From contig CAJAXK010000103.1 in assembly GCA_903946925.1 (NCBI GenBank), positions 2,388 through 66,387 on the forward strand: a stretch of 64,000 bases of DNA. Reading direction: 5' to 3'. How positions within the stretch are numbered: the first letter of the stretch is position 1; each line of letters opens with the position of its first letter. The notes below the pieces were generated by a model. That model worked only from the letters and a program-made list of their open reading frames with translations, had not been told where the DNA came from and did no database searches. The position numbers and the translations under genes are program-made. Shown here one piece after another: positions 50,972 through 60,000 of the stretch. The stretch is from an uncultured Bacteroidales bacterium (GTDB lineage: Bacteria; Bacteroidota; Bacteroidia; Bacteroidales; UBA4417).

Positions 50972-52051
50972 TTACCTTTTCACCCTTGCATTCCCTTGCC
51001 AGATACTCCATACCATATCTTCGTCAGCAGGCTGGGCATAATCGGTTAAGAATGTTGTTGCCAGTGCACCGCTTGCCCAGCCAAATTGCATGCACTTTTC
51101 AGGAGTCCATTCTTTAAGGATGCCGTAAAGCAATCCGCCAACAAATCCATCGCCTCCGCCAATACGGTCGAGTACGTTAATCTCCCGTGGTTCAATCACA
51201 TGCCAATTTTCGCCTTCGAGCATGATGGAACCCCAAAGGTGTTTGTTGGTGCTGATTACCTGCCGTAATGTTGTTGCAAAAACTGAAGCATCGGGAAATG
51301 CAATTTTTACCCGCTGAATCATCTTCTTGAAACTTTCAATCTTTGAATCAATATCTTTTCCTCCGGCTTCAGGCCCTTCAATGCCAAGGCAAAGTTGGAA
51401 ATCCTCCTCATTCCCAACTAATATATCGGATACCGAAGCAATTTCAATAAAGATATCATGCAATTCTTTTTCACGGCCTTTCCAGAACGAAGCCCGGTAG
51501 TTCAGATCGAAAGAAATTCGGGTGCCGGCCTTTTTAGCAGCACGGGCCAATTCGAGGCAAAAAGTGCTGGTTTCGGGCGACAAGGCAGCAATAAGGCCCG
51601 AAAGGTGCATAATCTGTACGCCTTCCTTTACGAAAATTCGTTCCAGGTCAAAATCCTGTACATTTAATGTGCGGCCAACTTCGCCTGCACGGTCGTTCTG
51701 CACCCGCGGACCGCGCGAACCGAAACCACTATCGGCAATATTGAACTGGTGACGGTAACCCCATGGATCGCCCTGTTCAATGTCTTTTCCTTCAAACGAC
51801 ATACGTCTGCCGGCCAGGTTACTTTTAATAAACTGAGCTATCGGACTGGCTTTCACGAAAGTAGTGAGTACTTTAACTGGTAAACCAAGATATGCCGGAA
51901 TACTGGCAACATTGGTTTCGGCACTGGTAGCCTGCATTTTAAATGTATCGCTGCTATGGACTGGCTGCCCGTTTACAGGTGTTATCCGCACGCCCATGCT
52001 GGTTGGAACCAAAAGTGACCAAGTGAAATCTTTTTTAAGTTTTATGCCCAT
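50972..52051 (-). CDS. PfkB-family sugar-acid kinase (KdgK-like; possibly gluconate kinase)
   Basis: SAETNVA, ISFDLNYR..FW, GNEED and DRIGGGDGF motifs. Confidence 0.88.
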   Translation of the reverse strand: MGIKLKKDFTWSLLVPTSMGVRITPVNGQPVHSSDTFKMQATSAETNVASIPAYLGLPVKVLTTFVKASPIAQFIKSNLAGRRMSFEGKDIEQGDPWGYRHQFNIADSGFGSRGPRVQNDRAGEVGRTLNVQDFDLERIFVKEGVQIMHLSGLIAALSPETSTFCLELARAAKKAGTRISFDLNYRASFWKGREKELHDIFIEIASVSDILVGNEEDFQLCLGIEGPEAGGKDIDSKIESFKKMIQRVKIAFPDASVFATTLRQVISTNKHLWGSIMLEGENWHVIEPREINVLDRIGGGDGFVGGLLYGILKEWTPEKCMQFGWASGALATTFLTDYAQPADEDMVWSIWQGNARVKR

Positions 52052-52090
52052 GATATTATGATGTTGATTTAAACTAACAAATTTGTATCG

Positions 52091-52933
52091 CTAAACTCCA
52101 CCGTAGGCACTATAACCACCATCGACAGGAAGAATGATACCTGTAATAAATCCCGAAAGGTCGGAGAGCAAGAAAAGTGTGGCACCTTGCAAATCCTCAG
52201 GTTTCCCGTATTTGCCAACCGGAGTGTTTGATATAATTTTCAAACCACGTGGTGTTGGTGCGCCGGTTTTTTCATCGGTAAGCAAAAAGCGATTCTGGTT
52301 GGTGAGGAAAAATCCAGGAGCGATGGCGTTAACGCGAATACCGGTTTTGGCCAGGTGAACCGCCAACCATTGGGTAAAGTTATTCACTGAAGCTTTTGCC
52401 GCTGAATAAGCAGGAATTTTTGTGAGGGGCCGGAACGAATTCATGGACGAAATATTCAGGATTACCCCTTTCCCTTTTTGTAGCATATCTGTTGCAAACA
52501 CCATGCTTGGAAGGAGGGTACCGTTGAAATTCAGGGCAAAAACTTTGTCGAAACCATCCATTTCGAGACCAAAGAATGATTTTTCCAGATCGTTGATGTC
52601 GGTAAGTTGTTCAATCTGGGTTGTAGCTTTGGGTGAATTGCCACCCGCACCGTTAATCAGTATGTCTATTGCCCCAAGTTTTTCATTAATTATTTTCTTG
52701 GCATCAATAAGCGATTGTTTGTCGAGTACATTGGCTTCAACCCCAATGCAAACAATGTTATACTTTTCTGAAAGTCGGCTAGCAGAGTCTTCTGCAGCTT
52801 CCTTATTAATGTCGATGATGGCAGTTTTTATGCCCGTAGAAGCCATTGCTTCACATACCGCATAGCCAATAACCCCGGCGCCACCGGTAATTACGGCCAC
52901 TTTTCCTTTCAGGTCCGAAAAATCAAAAGTCAT
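52091..52933 (-). CDS. uxuB: SDR-family D-mannonate oxidoreductase (fructuronate reductase)
   Basis: TGGAGVIG, LINGAGGNSPKAT, NISSM..RPLTKIPAYSAAK and VDGGYSAY motifs, as in Bacteroides-type UxuB SDRs. Confidence 0.8.
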   Translation of the reverse strand: MTFDFSDLKGKVAVITGGAGVIGYAVCEAMASTGIKTAIIDINKEAAEDSASRLSEKYNIVCIGVEANVLDKQSLIDAKKIINEKLGAIDILINGAGGNSPKATTQIEQLTDINDLEKSFFGLEMDGFDKVFALNFNGTLLPSMVFATDMLQKGKGVILNISSMNSFRPLTKIPAYSAAKASVNNFTQWLAVHLAKTGIRVNAIAPGFFLTNQNRFLLTDEKTGAPTPRGLKIISNTPVGKYGKPEDLQGATLFLLSDLSGFITGIILPVDGGYSAYGGV

Positions 52934-52989
52934 TTTACAAATATTATTTTCGTTAGCAATTTGTTGTAGTTATGCGATTAAGCCGGAGC

Positions 52990-54066
52990 TTAAATCTTGA
53001 AGTTTTTGTAATATTCTATATTCTCTTTCATGATTATGTCGATTGGGCTGAAGTTTAGCTTTTCGACAGTATGCTTCAGAAACAGGTGGTTAAAAAGCGC
53101 GAACACACTTTTATATCCCTGTTCTTCAGGTTTCTGGCAAATTAAAAACTGGATTATCCCTTTTTCAATGTATTCAATATTTTCCTGCAATAAATCGTAT
53201 CCGATTAAAATTACATTTTTGATTTTATTCTTTTCGAAATAGCTGGCTACCAGGTGAACCCTGGAGTTTGCTACAAATAACCCTAAGGGTTTGTTGCTGC
53301 TTGCGAAAATGGCATCCAAAGATTCATCCAAAGCGGCAGGCGACGAAATATCAACATCCATCGAATGAAGGATTGCCTGATCAGAATTTTCTTCCGAAAA
53401 ATAAGACACAAAACCCTTTTCACGCAAGTTTAAATGGTAAACAGGCGCTGATGGATTTAATGGCTTTACAATGTATATATGGCTGATTACCTGACTTATA
53501 CTGAGGCTCATCAGCCTTGCGGCCAAATAACCACTTTGAGCTGAGTTTTGACCAAAATATGCCAGGTTTTCGCAGTTTTCGATAAACACATCAATAAAAA
53601 CATAAGATAGTTCAAGTTGATCACACTTTTCGATCACCTTCAAGGAGGATTCATAAAAAACAGGGGCGAAGATGAAACCACTGGGATTTGATCCCAAAAT
53701 TTGATTTGCTTTTTCTATGAAGCTGTTTTCGTTGCTGTAATCGAAAGTAGCAATCTGAAGCTCGAAGTTGAATTTTTTAATTTCGGCGGCGGCGGCCTTT
53801 ATTCCAGCAAGAGGTTTTTCCCAGTAGGCATTGCTTTCAGGGTCGGGAATTAGGACGGAAATAGTATATTTAGTTTTGGAAGCCAGTGATTTAGCCAATA
53901 GATTAGGGGTGTATCCCAATTCCTCAATAATACTCAGCACCTGTTCGCGGGTTGATTTAGCTACATCGCCACGGTTATGCAACACACGATCCACGGTGCC
54001 AATGGAAACATTTGCCTGTTTGGCAATGTCCTTTATACCAATTTTTAGTGCCGTTTCCTTTTTCAA
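52990..54066 (-). CDS. LacI-family transcriptional regulator
   Basis: IKDIAKQANVSIGTVDRVLHNRG HTH, YTPNLLAKSL hinge. The track start at 54129 spans the promoter, so TTG at 54066 is more likely. Confidence 0.92.
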   Translation of the reverse strand: MKKETALKIGIKDIAKQANVSIGTVDRVLHNRGDVAKSTREQVLSIIEELGYTPNLLAKSLASKTKYTISVLIPDPESNAYWEKPLAGIKAAAAEIKKFNFELQIATFDYSNENSFIEKANQILGSNPSGFIFAPVFYESSLKVIEKCDQLELSYVFIDVFIENCENLAYFGQNSAQSGYLAARLMSLSISQVISHIYIVKPLNPSAPVYHLNLREKGFVSYFSEENSDQAILHSMDVDISSPAALDESLDAIFASSNKPLGLFVANSRVHLVASYFEKNKIKNVILIGYDLLQENIEYIEKGIIQFLICQKPEEQGYKSVFALFNHLFLKHTVEKLNFSPIDIIMKENIEYYKNFKI

Positions 54067-54098
54067 TGTTTGACGGATTTGTTGGACGCAATGAATTT

Positions 54099-54156
54099 CC
54101 GTTAACGTACACGGCAAATATATGAACATTTTTTAAAATACCGTTAACGTTAACGG
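54099..54156 (-). promoter_or_regulatory. Two LacI-type operators flanking a -7 promoter box
   Basis: ccgttaacgtacacgg (54099-54114) and perfect palindrome ccgttaacgttaacgg (54141-54156), 42 bp apart; TATATTTG on the minus strand at 54115-54122. Confidence 0.85.
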
Positions 54157-54299
54157 AAAATATTTTTAAACCCACAAAAACGCATTACATTTGCAGTTAA
54201 AATGTGGTTGGGTAAGCCGCAAGATTTTTATCCCCTCCATTTACAGCATCAAAACCAGATAAAAGTTCCCTTTAACTCTCATTAACCAAAAACAATATT

Positions 54300-54818
54300 G
54301 TGGACACAGCAACAATTCCTTCAAAATCATTCCGATACAACGCATTAATAACCGATATAGCAGCCTTGGTTTTTGTTGGCCTGGTTCCAGCGGCATCGCA
54401 TTTGTTTAAAATCCCGGTTTATTATATCGAACCCATGCGCATAATGCTGGTATTGGCATTGCTATATTCTTCGCGGTGGAATGCTTATGCACTGGCCATT
54501 GTGTTGCCTTTATTTTCATTCCTGGTTTCAGGGCATCCTGCGCCAATAAAAATGATGATCATAATGGCAGAACTCTTAGTTAATGCTTGGCTATTTCTTT
54601 ATTTCTACAAAAAATTCGAAAAACCATTCCTGAGTGCTTTTGGTTCCATTCTCATCAGCAAAGTGTTCTGTTATGCCATGTACTTTGTAGTGTTTTCGAT
54701 GGCATTTGTAAAAGCCGAGGCACAAACGGCATTTTTAATCGCTCAGTTGACATTGACGATTTTATTAAGTGGAGTGGTATGGTTTATCAATTATCGAAGG
54801 AAATCAAGGGCTGTATAG
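54300..54818 (+). CDS. Small polytopic membrane protein (ECF S-component-like)
   Basis: About 5-6 hydrophobic segments, EPMR and SGHP motifs; upstream TACATTTG -7 box at 54186-54193. Confidence 0.6.
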   Translation: MDTATIPSKSFRYNALITDIAALVFVGLVPAASHLFKIPVYYIEPMRIMLVLALLYSSRWNAYALAIVLPLFSFLVSGHPAPIKMMIIMAELLVNAWLFLYFYKKFEKPFLSAFGSILISKVFCYAMYFVVFSMAFVKAEAQTAFLIAQLTLTILLSGVVWFINYRRKSRAV

Positions 54819-54849
54819 TTGATAGAAAACCAAATATTGTATCTGTTCA

Positions 54850-55078
54850 GTGCCTAAAGTTACGAGTGTTTAAAGTTCAATAATAATTTTAATTGCTTTA
54901 TTAACCAAGTACTTAGCATTTAAAAGTTTGTACGAATTGGAGATTACTGTTAGCGCCATTTTTCTGAATTATGAAGATTAAAAGGTTCGAGGCATTAACT
55001 TTAGGCACTTTAAGTACTTTAGGCACTTTAAGTACTCTTCGATCATTAAAATTTCTGTTGGCCGAACAAGTACAATAA
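54850..55078 (+). pseudogene. Probable remnant of a four-helix-bundle (23S IVS-type) gene flanked by inverted 9-mer arrays
   Basis: ORF 54971..55078 begins MKIKRFEAL, then runs into (actttaggc actttaagt)x2; reverse-orientation gtgcctaaagt at about 54850. Confidence 0.45.
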
Positions 55079-55275
55079 ATTATTTGCCATACCTATCACT
55101 CGTAGGAGTATATAATAAGTTTGTTTGCCTATACCTATCACTCTTAAGTAGTTATATACAAAAATATGCGACTTTCGCGTGTTTGCTTTCGACAACAAAA
55201 TACTGGATTTGGCATAAATAACAATTGCCTATCCTGTTAAGCCTTATCTTTGCACCCGAATTAAAAACAAGAAAA

Positions 55276-56313
55276 ATGGCTCTATCAACTCGTGGAATGA
55301 AAATTGGAATACTCACCGCCGGCGGCGATTGCCCAGGGATAAATGCTGCCATACGTGGAGTTGGTAAAACCGCTATTACCGAGTATGGGATGAAAGTAAT
55401 CGGCATTTCATCAGGTTTCCGTGGTTTGATTGAGAAGGATTACATCGAACTGGAAGAAAACCAGCTTTCGGGTATGCTAACCCTGGGTGGCACGGTTTTA
55501 GGCACTTCGCGCGATAAACCTTTCAAAAATGACCCTGCAACAGGTGTAAATGTATCGAAAATAATAAAGAAAAACTATAAGGAAATCGGTTTGGATGCCT
55601 TGGTGGTGATTGGCGGCAACGGCACACAAAAAACAGCATCAAAACTTGCTGCCGAAGGCTTGAATATTATTGGTTTGCCAAAAACCATCGATAACGATGT
55701 GTATGGCACAGATGTTACGTTTGGGTTCGACACAGCGGTAAGTATTGCCACCGAGGCTATCGACAGGCTACACTCAACCGCAAATTCGCATAAGCGCATC
55801 ATGATCATCGAACTGATGGGTCACCATGCCGGTTGGATTTCGCTGTATTCGGGCGTTGCCGGCGGGGGCGACATAATCCTTATACCCGAAATACCTTATG
55901 ATTTAGACATTGTAGCTCGCCACCTCGAAAAGCGGGCCAAGAACAAAAAGCCATATTCCATTGTGGTTGTGGCTGAGGGTATTGCAAAGCCAAAAGGCGT
56001 TTCGGCAGCCTCATTCATTTCGCAATCCATACGCGAAAGGACCGGCCTCGAAACCCGCGAAACCATACTTGGTTACGTGCAGCGCGGTGGTTCGCCCACA
56101 GCCATGGATCGCATACTTGCCACCCGCTATGGTGCCCACGCCGTTGAACTTATTGCCGAAGGCAAATTCGGGCTTATGGTGTGCAAAGATGGCGAAACCA
56201 TTACGTCAGTGCCATTGGAACAGGTTGGCGGAAAGCTTAAACTCGTACCACCCGATCATTCCATTATAAAAAAATCACGCAAAATGGGAATTTGTTTTGG
56301 GGATGTGAAGTAG
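55276..56313 (+). CDS. pfkA: 6-phosphofructokinase (PfkA family, group III-like)
   Basis: AGGDCPGIN, GGTVLGTSR, GGNGT, PKTIDND, ELMGH and LGYVQRGG motifs. A TATCTTTG -7 box at about 55244 lies inside the track ORF, so the start is likely ATG 55276. Confidence 0.93.
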   Translation: MALSTRGMKIGILTAGGDCPGINAAIRGVGKTAITEYGMKVIGISSGFRGLIEKDYIELEENQLSGMLTLGGTVLGTSRDKPFKNDPATGVNVSKIIKKNYKEIGLDALVVIGGNGTQKTASKLAAEGLNIIGLPKTIDNDVYGTDVTFGFDTAVSIATEAIDRLHSTANSHKRIMIIELMGHHAGWISLYSGVAGGGDIILIPEIPYDLDIVARHLEKRAKNKKPYSIVVVAEGIAKPKGVSAASFISQSIRERTGLETRETILGYVQRGGSPTAMDRILATRYGAHAVELIAEGKFGLMVCKDGETITSVPLEQVGGKLKLVPPDHSIIKKSRKMGICFGDVK

Positions 56314-56566
56314 GGATGTGGGATGTGGGATTGGCGATGGCGGATTGCCCCTAATCCCCAAAACCCAAACCCAAAAACCTCTCTTTAAGATTGCGGATTG
56401 CAGATTGCAGATTGCCCCTAATCCCCAAAACCCAAACCCTAAAACCTCTCTTTAAGATTACGGATTGGCGATTGCGGATTGCGGATTGCCCCAAACCCCA
56501 ACACCAAAAACCTCCCCAAAAGGATTGCAGATTGGCCCTAATCCCTAAAACCCAACCCAAAAAAAC
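56299..56566. repeat. Composite tandem repeat: GATTGCG/A heptamers alternating with CCCC(T/A)AA heptamer blocks, about 4 units
   Basis: gattgcccctaatccccaaaacccaaacc(c/ct)aaaacctctctttaagatt occurs twice nearly identically, plus two degenerate units. Confidence 0.85.
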
Positions 56567-56574
56567 ATTATAAA

Positions 56575-56621
56575 GCCCTGAAAGGGCGAAATATGACCAG
56601 CCGTGGGTGCAGCCCACGGCT
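56575..56621. repeat. REP-like double hairpin
   Basis: gccct-gaa-agggc followed by agccgtggg-tgcag-cccacggct. Confidence 0.65.
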
Positions 56622-57050
56622 GAAGGAATGAAATATCCATTTTTACAATCCATGGATGAAAGAATGTAATTTCCCCATCAATATATGCAGCCATCCGAAC
56701 ATATCAACCTAAAAAGCTATTTCCCCTCCATTTTACAGTATATTTACCTGTTTTCGTCCCTTTACAATTCCTAATGTTATTTTTAAGCCGCTAATCCACA
56801 CCTTTTTTTATCCAAACCCTATATTTTTCTTTCTGATTTATACTTAATTACTAATTTTACAAACTTATTTCTGCCAATGGGATTTCAACCAAACGGGATA
56901 GCCATTTGCTAAGAAACCGGCAAGCGAACATGATAATAACTTTATCATGGCCAACATACGGATTGCTGCCATTACCATACCACGGATATTATGTTAAAAC
57001 CTGCTTTGGAAGCACAATTCCAAGGAGACTTTAAAAATAGGAAAACCCGA

Positions 57051-60000
57051 ATGAGAAAAACATTACTGATATTTCTCCCCATATTTTTTGCTGCGTTTTC
57101 GCTGAAAGCCCAGGAAATTGTTGGCTCCAACGATACTACCATTTGCCATGGCAGCCCTGCTGAATTACATGCCTCACTAATAAATGGGAGTTATGGAACA
57201 TCAAGTTATTCGTTTGAGACGTATGCTTACACACCCGAAGCGTTTACTGGAGGAACCCATGTTGCCTTTATTGGTGATCACGACGACAAAGTTTCTGGCC
57301 CGTTTAATATTGGGTTCAACTTTTGTTTTTTCAATCAAACCTATACCCAATTTTGTGTTGGCTCAAATGGATGGGTGGGTTTTACATATAACACGAACTG
57401 GACTGCTTACAATGCTGAACTACTTCCAAATGCTGTCGGTGGGACACCACAGAATTGCATATTTGCCCCATGGCTCGATTGGTGGCCTGATAATCCAACA
57501 AATCCAACCTCTGGTGAACAGAACGTTTTTTATTATACAACCGGTACCGCCCCTAATAGAAAATTGGTTGTTTATTGGAAGAATTGCTCAATGTTTAATA
57601 ACTCTTGTCAGAATGATCCCGAAAAATATGGCACATTTCAAATTGTATTGAATGAGCAAAGCAGTGTAATTGATAACCATATCCAATATAAACCGATTTG
57701 TCAGAATGAAGTGGCCACCCAAGGAGTACAGAATTTGGGCGGAACCCAAGCATTTATTGCTACGGGTAGAAACCAAACAGTGTGGTCTGCTCAAAACGAA
57801 AGCACCCGTTTTGTCCCCAGCGGAATAAAGTGGTACACAGGCGGTTATCCCGGAGGAACAGTTGTTGGATATGGTGCCGTGCTGAATGTTTCCCCATCTG
57901 TTACAACAACCTACACTGTAGTGGTCGAAACTTGTGCCGGCGGTGGTGCAATTACCAAGAATATTACAGTTACTGTAATACCACTGCCAACCGCCGATGC
58001 TGGTCCTAATATTGTAACTTGTATGCCGGGCACTGGTGCAGCCATTACCAGCACCGCAACCAATTATAGCACTGTTGCTTGGTCAACTTCTTCTACCACT
58101 GGCGGATATTTCAATAACCCCAATACGCTTAACACAATTTACTATCCATCCCTGCCCGATATCGTTGCGGGTTCGGTTACTTTAACGTTAACAGCAACAG
58201 GTGCGCCGGGTTGCAACGCATTTGCCACAAGTTCGATGACACTTTCTGCCGCTCCTTATCCTATTGCCCTGGCAGGCATTGATGGTAGTGTTTGCTCAAA
58301 TAGCAGTTATTCGTTGAATGGTTCTGCGTCTGGTTCCGGACTTACGGTTTGGACCAAATCAGGCGATGGCGGTTTTTTAAACCCAAACAGTCCGATTACA
58401 CTATACACACCTGGCCCTAACGATATTTTAAACGGAGAAGTTGACCTTTACATAACCTCCAACGGATCAGGCCCATGTACTGGGTTTTCGGATGCAGATA
58501 CAATTCACCTTACTGTTATTCATACCCCATCGGTCTTTGCCGGCGATGATTTTCAGCATTGTGTTGGAACCGATGTTACCTTAAGCGGGGCAACTGCCGA
58601 TTATTATCAGTCGGTGCATTGGTCAACTTCGGGAACAGGAACTTTTGTGGATTCAACCCTTGTACATGCGGTTTATCGTCCAAGCGCTGCCGATATTTTG
58701 GGCAAAACGGTTGACCTTACTTTGCATATAGTGCCTACTTCGCCATGCGTAGCCATTTCGGACCATGTTCAGGTTACTTTGGTACGACCACCAACCGCAA
58801 ATGCAGGACCATCATCGGATGCCATCTGCGCATCAGGTTTTTACACCTTATCAGCATCGGACACAACCCAAAGCCCGGGAATTGTTTGGACAAGTTCTGG
58901 CACAGGCACATTTAGCGATGGCCTTGCGCTGCACCCGGTTTACACACCATCCACCGATGACACACTTGCTGGAACAGTAACGCTAACGCTCACGGCCTCA
59001 AGCAATGCGCCATGCAGCGTGGCCGTTGATGATTTAGTTTTATCCATCAACCCATTGCCGGTGCCAACTGCGTTTGGGCCTCCTTCGGTTTGCCTCAATT
59101 CAACGGGTAAAGTTTACCTTTCGCAATCCGGAATGAACGGTTATTCGTGGGAAACTTCATCGGGTGGCATTATTACCGCTGGGGGGACGCCAACCGCCGA
59201 TACGGCTATGGTAACATGGAATACGGTTGGACCGCAATTCGTAAAAATAAATTACAGCAATGCTTATGGATGTTCGGCGGTAGCGGCAACCCAATTCCCT
59301 GTTATGGTTAACCCATTGCCAAACCCTAATGTTTATGGAAATAAATCGGTTTGTCTCAATACCAGCCATATCTATTTTACCGAAGAAGGCATGACCGACT
59401 ACGAATGGAACCTTTCGCCTGGTGGCACCATAACGGCGGGAGTTGGGAACGACACCATAACGGTGCTTTGGTCGGGCGATGGTATTCAGATGGTAAATGT
59501 TAATTATGCCGATGCCAATGGATGCAGGGCAGAAAACCCTACCTATTCCGATATTACGGTTCAAGCTTTGCCCGAACCAATTTTGGGTGGGCCGTCGCCC
59601 GTTTGTTTCAATTCCATTGATAACGAATATTCAACCGATGGCGCTATGACCGACTATATTTGGAATGTTACAGGTGGCACCATAACCTCGGGCGGGATTG
59701 GGACAAGCAACAAAGCAACCGTTCATTGGGATGGTGTGGGGCCTTATTCCGTAAGCGTAAACTACACCAACAGCGATGGATGTACAGCCGCATTGCCAAC
59801 GGTTTATAATGTTACGGTAAATACTTTGCCAATCCCCGATTTAAGTGGCCCAAACCCGGTATGCTTTAACTCAGAAGGAAATGTTTACACCACAAATTCA
59901 GCAATGACGGGCTACATTTGGAATATTTCCGGTGGAACGATTTCGGAAGGAGGAACTTCGACCAGCAATACAGCAACTGTAAAATGGGATGGAACAGGGC

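Noticed and set aside
54067-54129. N-terminal extension of LacI in the ORF track (likewise 55225 pfk, 12067 PL6, 14927)
   Set aside because: The extensions cover promoter/operator boxes or precede clear signal peptides, so downstream starts are more plausible.
56299-56653. Possible CRISPR array, and ORFs 56351..56653 / 56391..56573
   Set aside because: Low-complexity heptamer units with no unique spacers; the ORFs are translations of the repeat.
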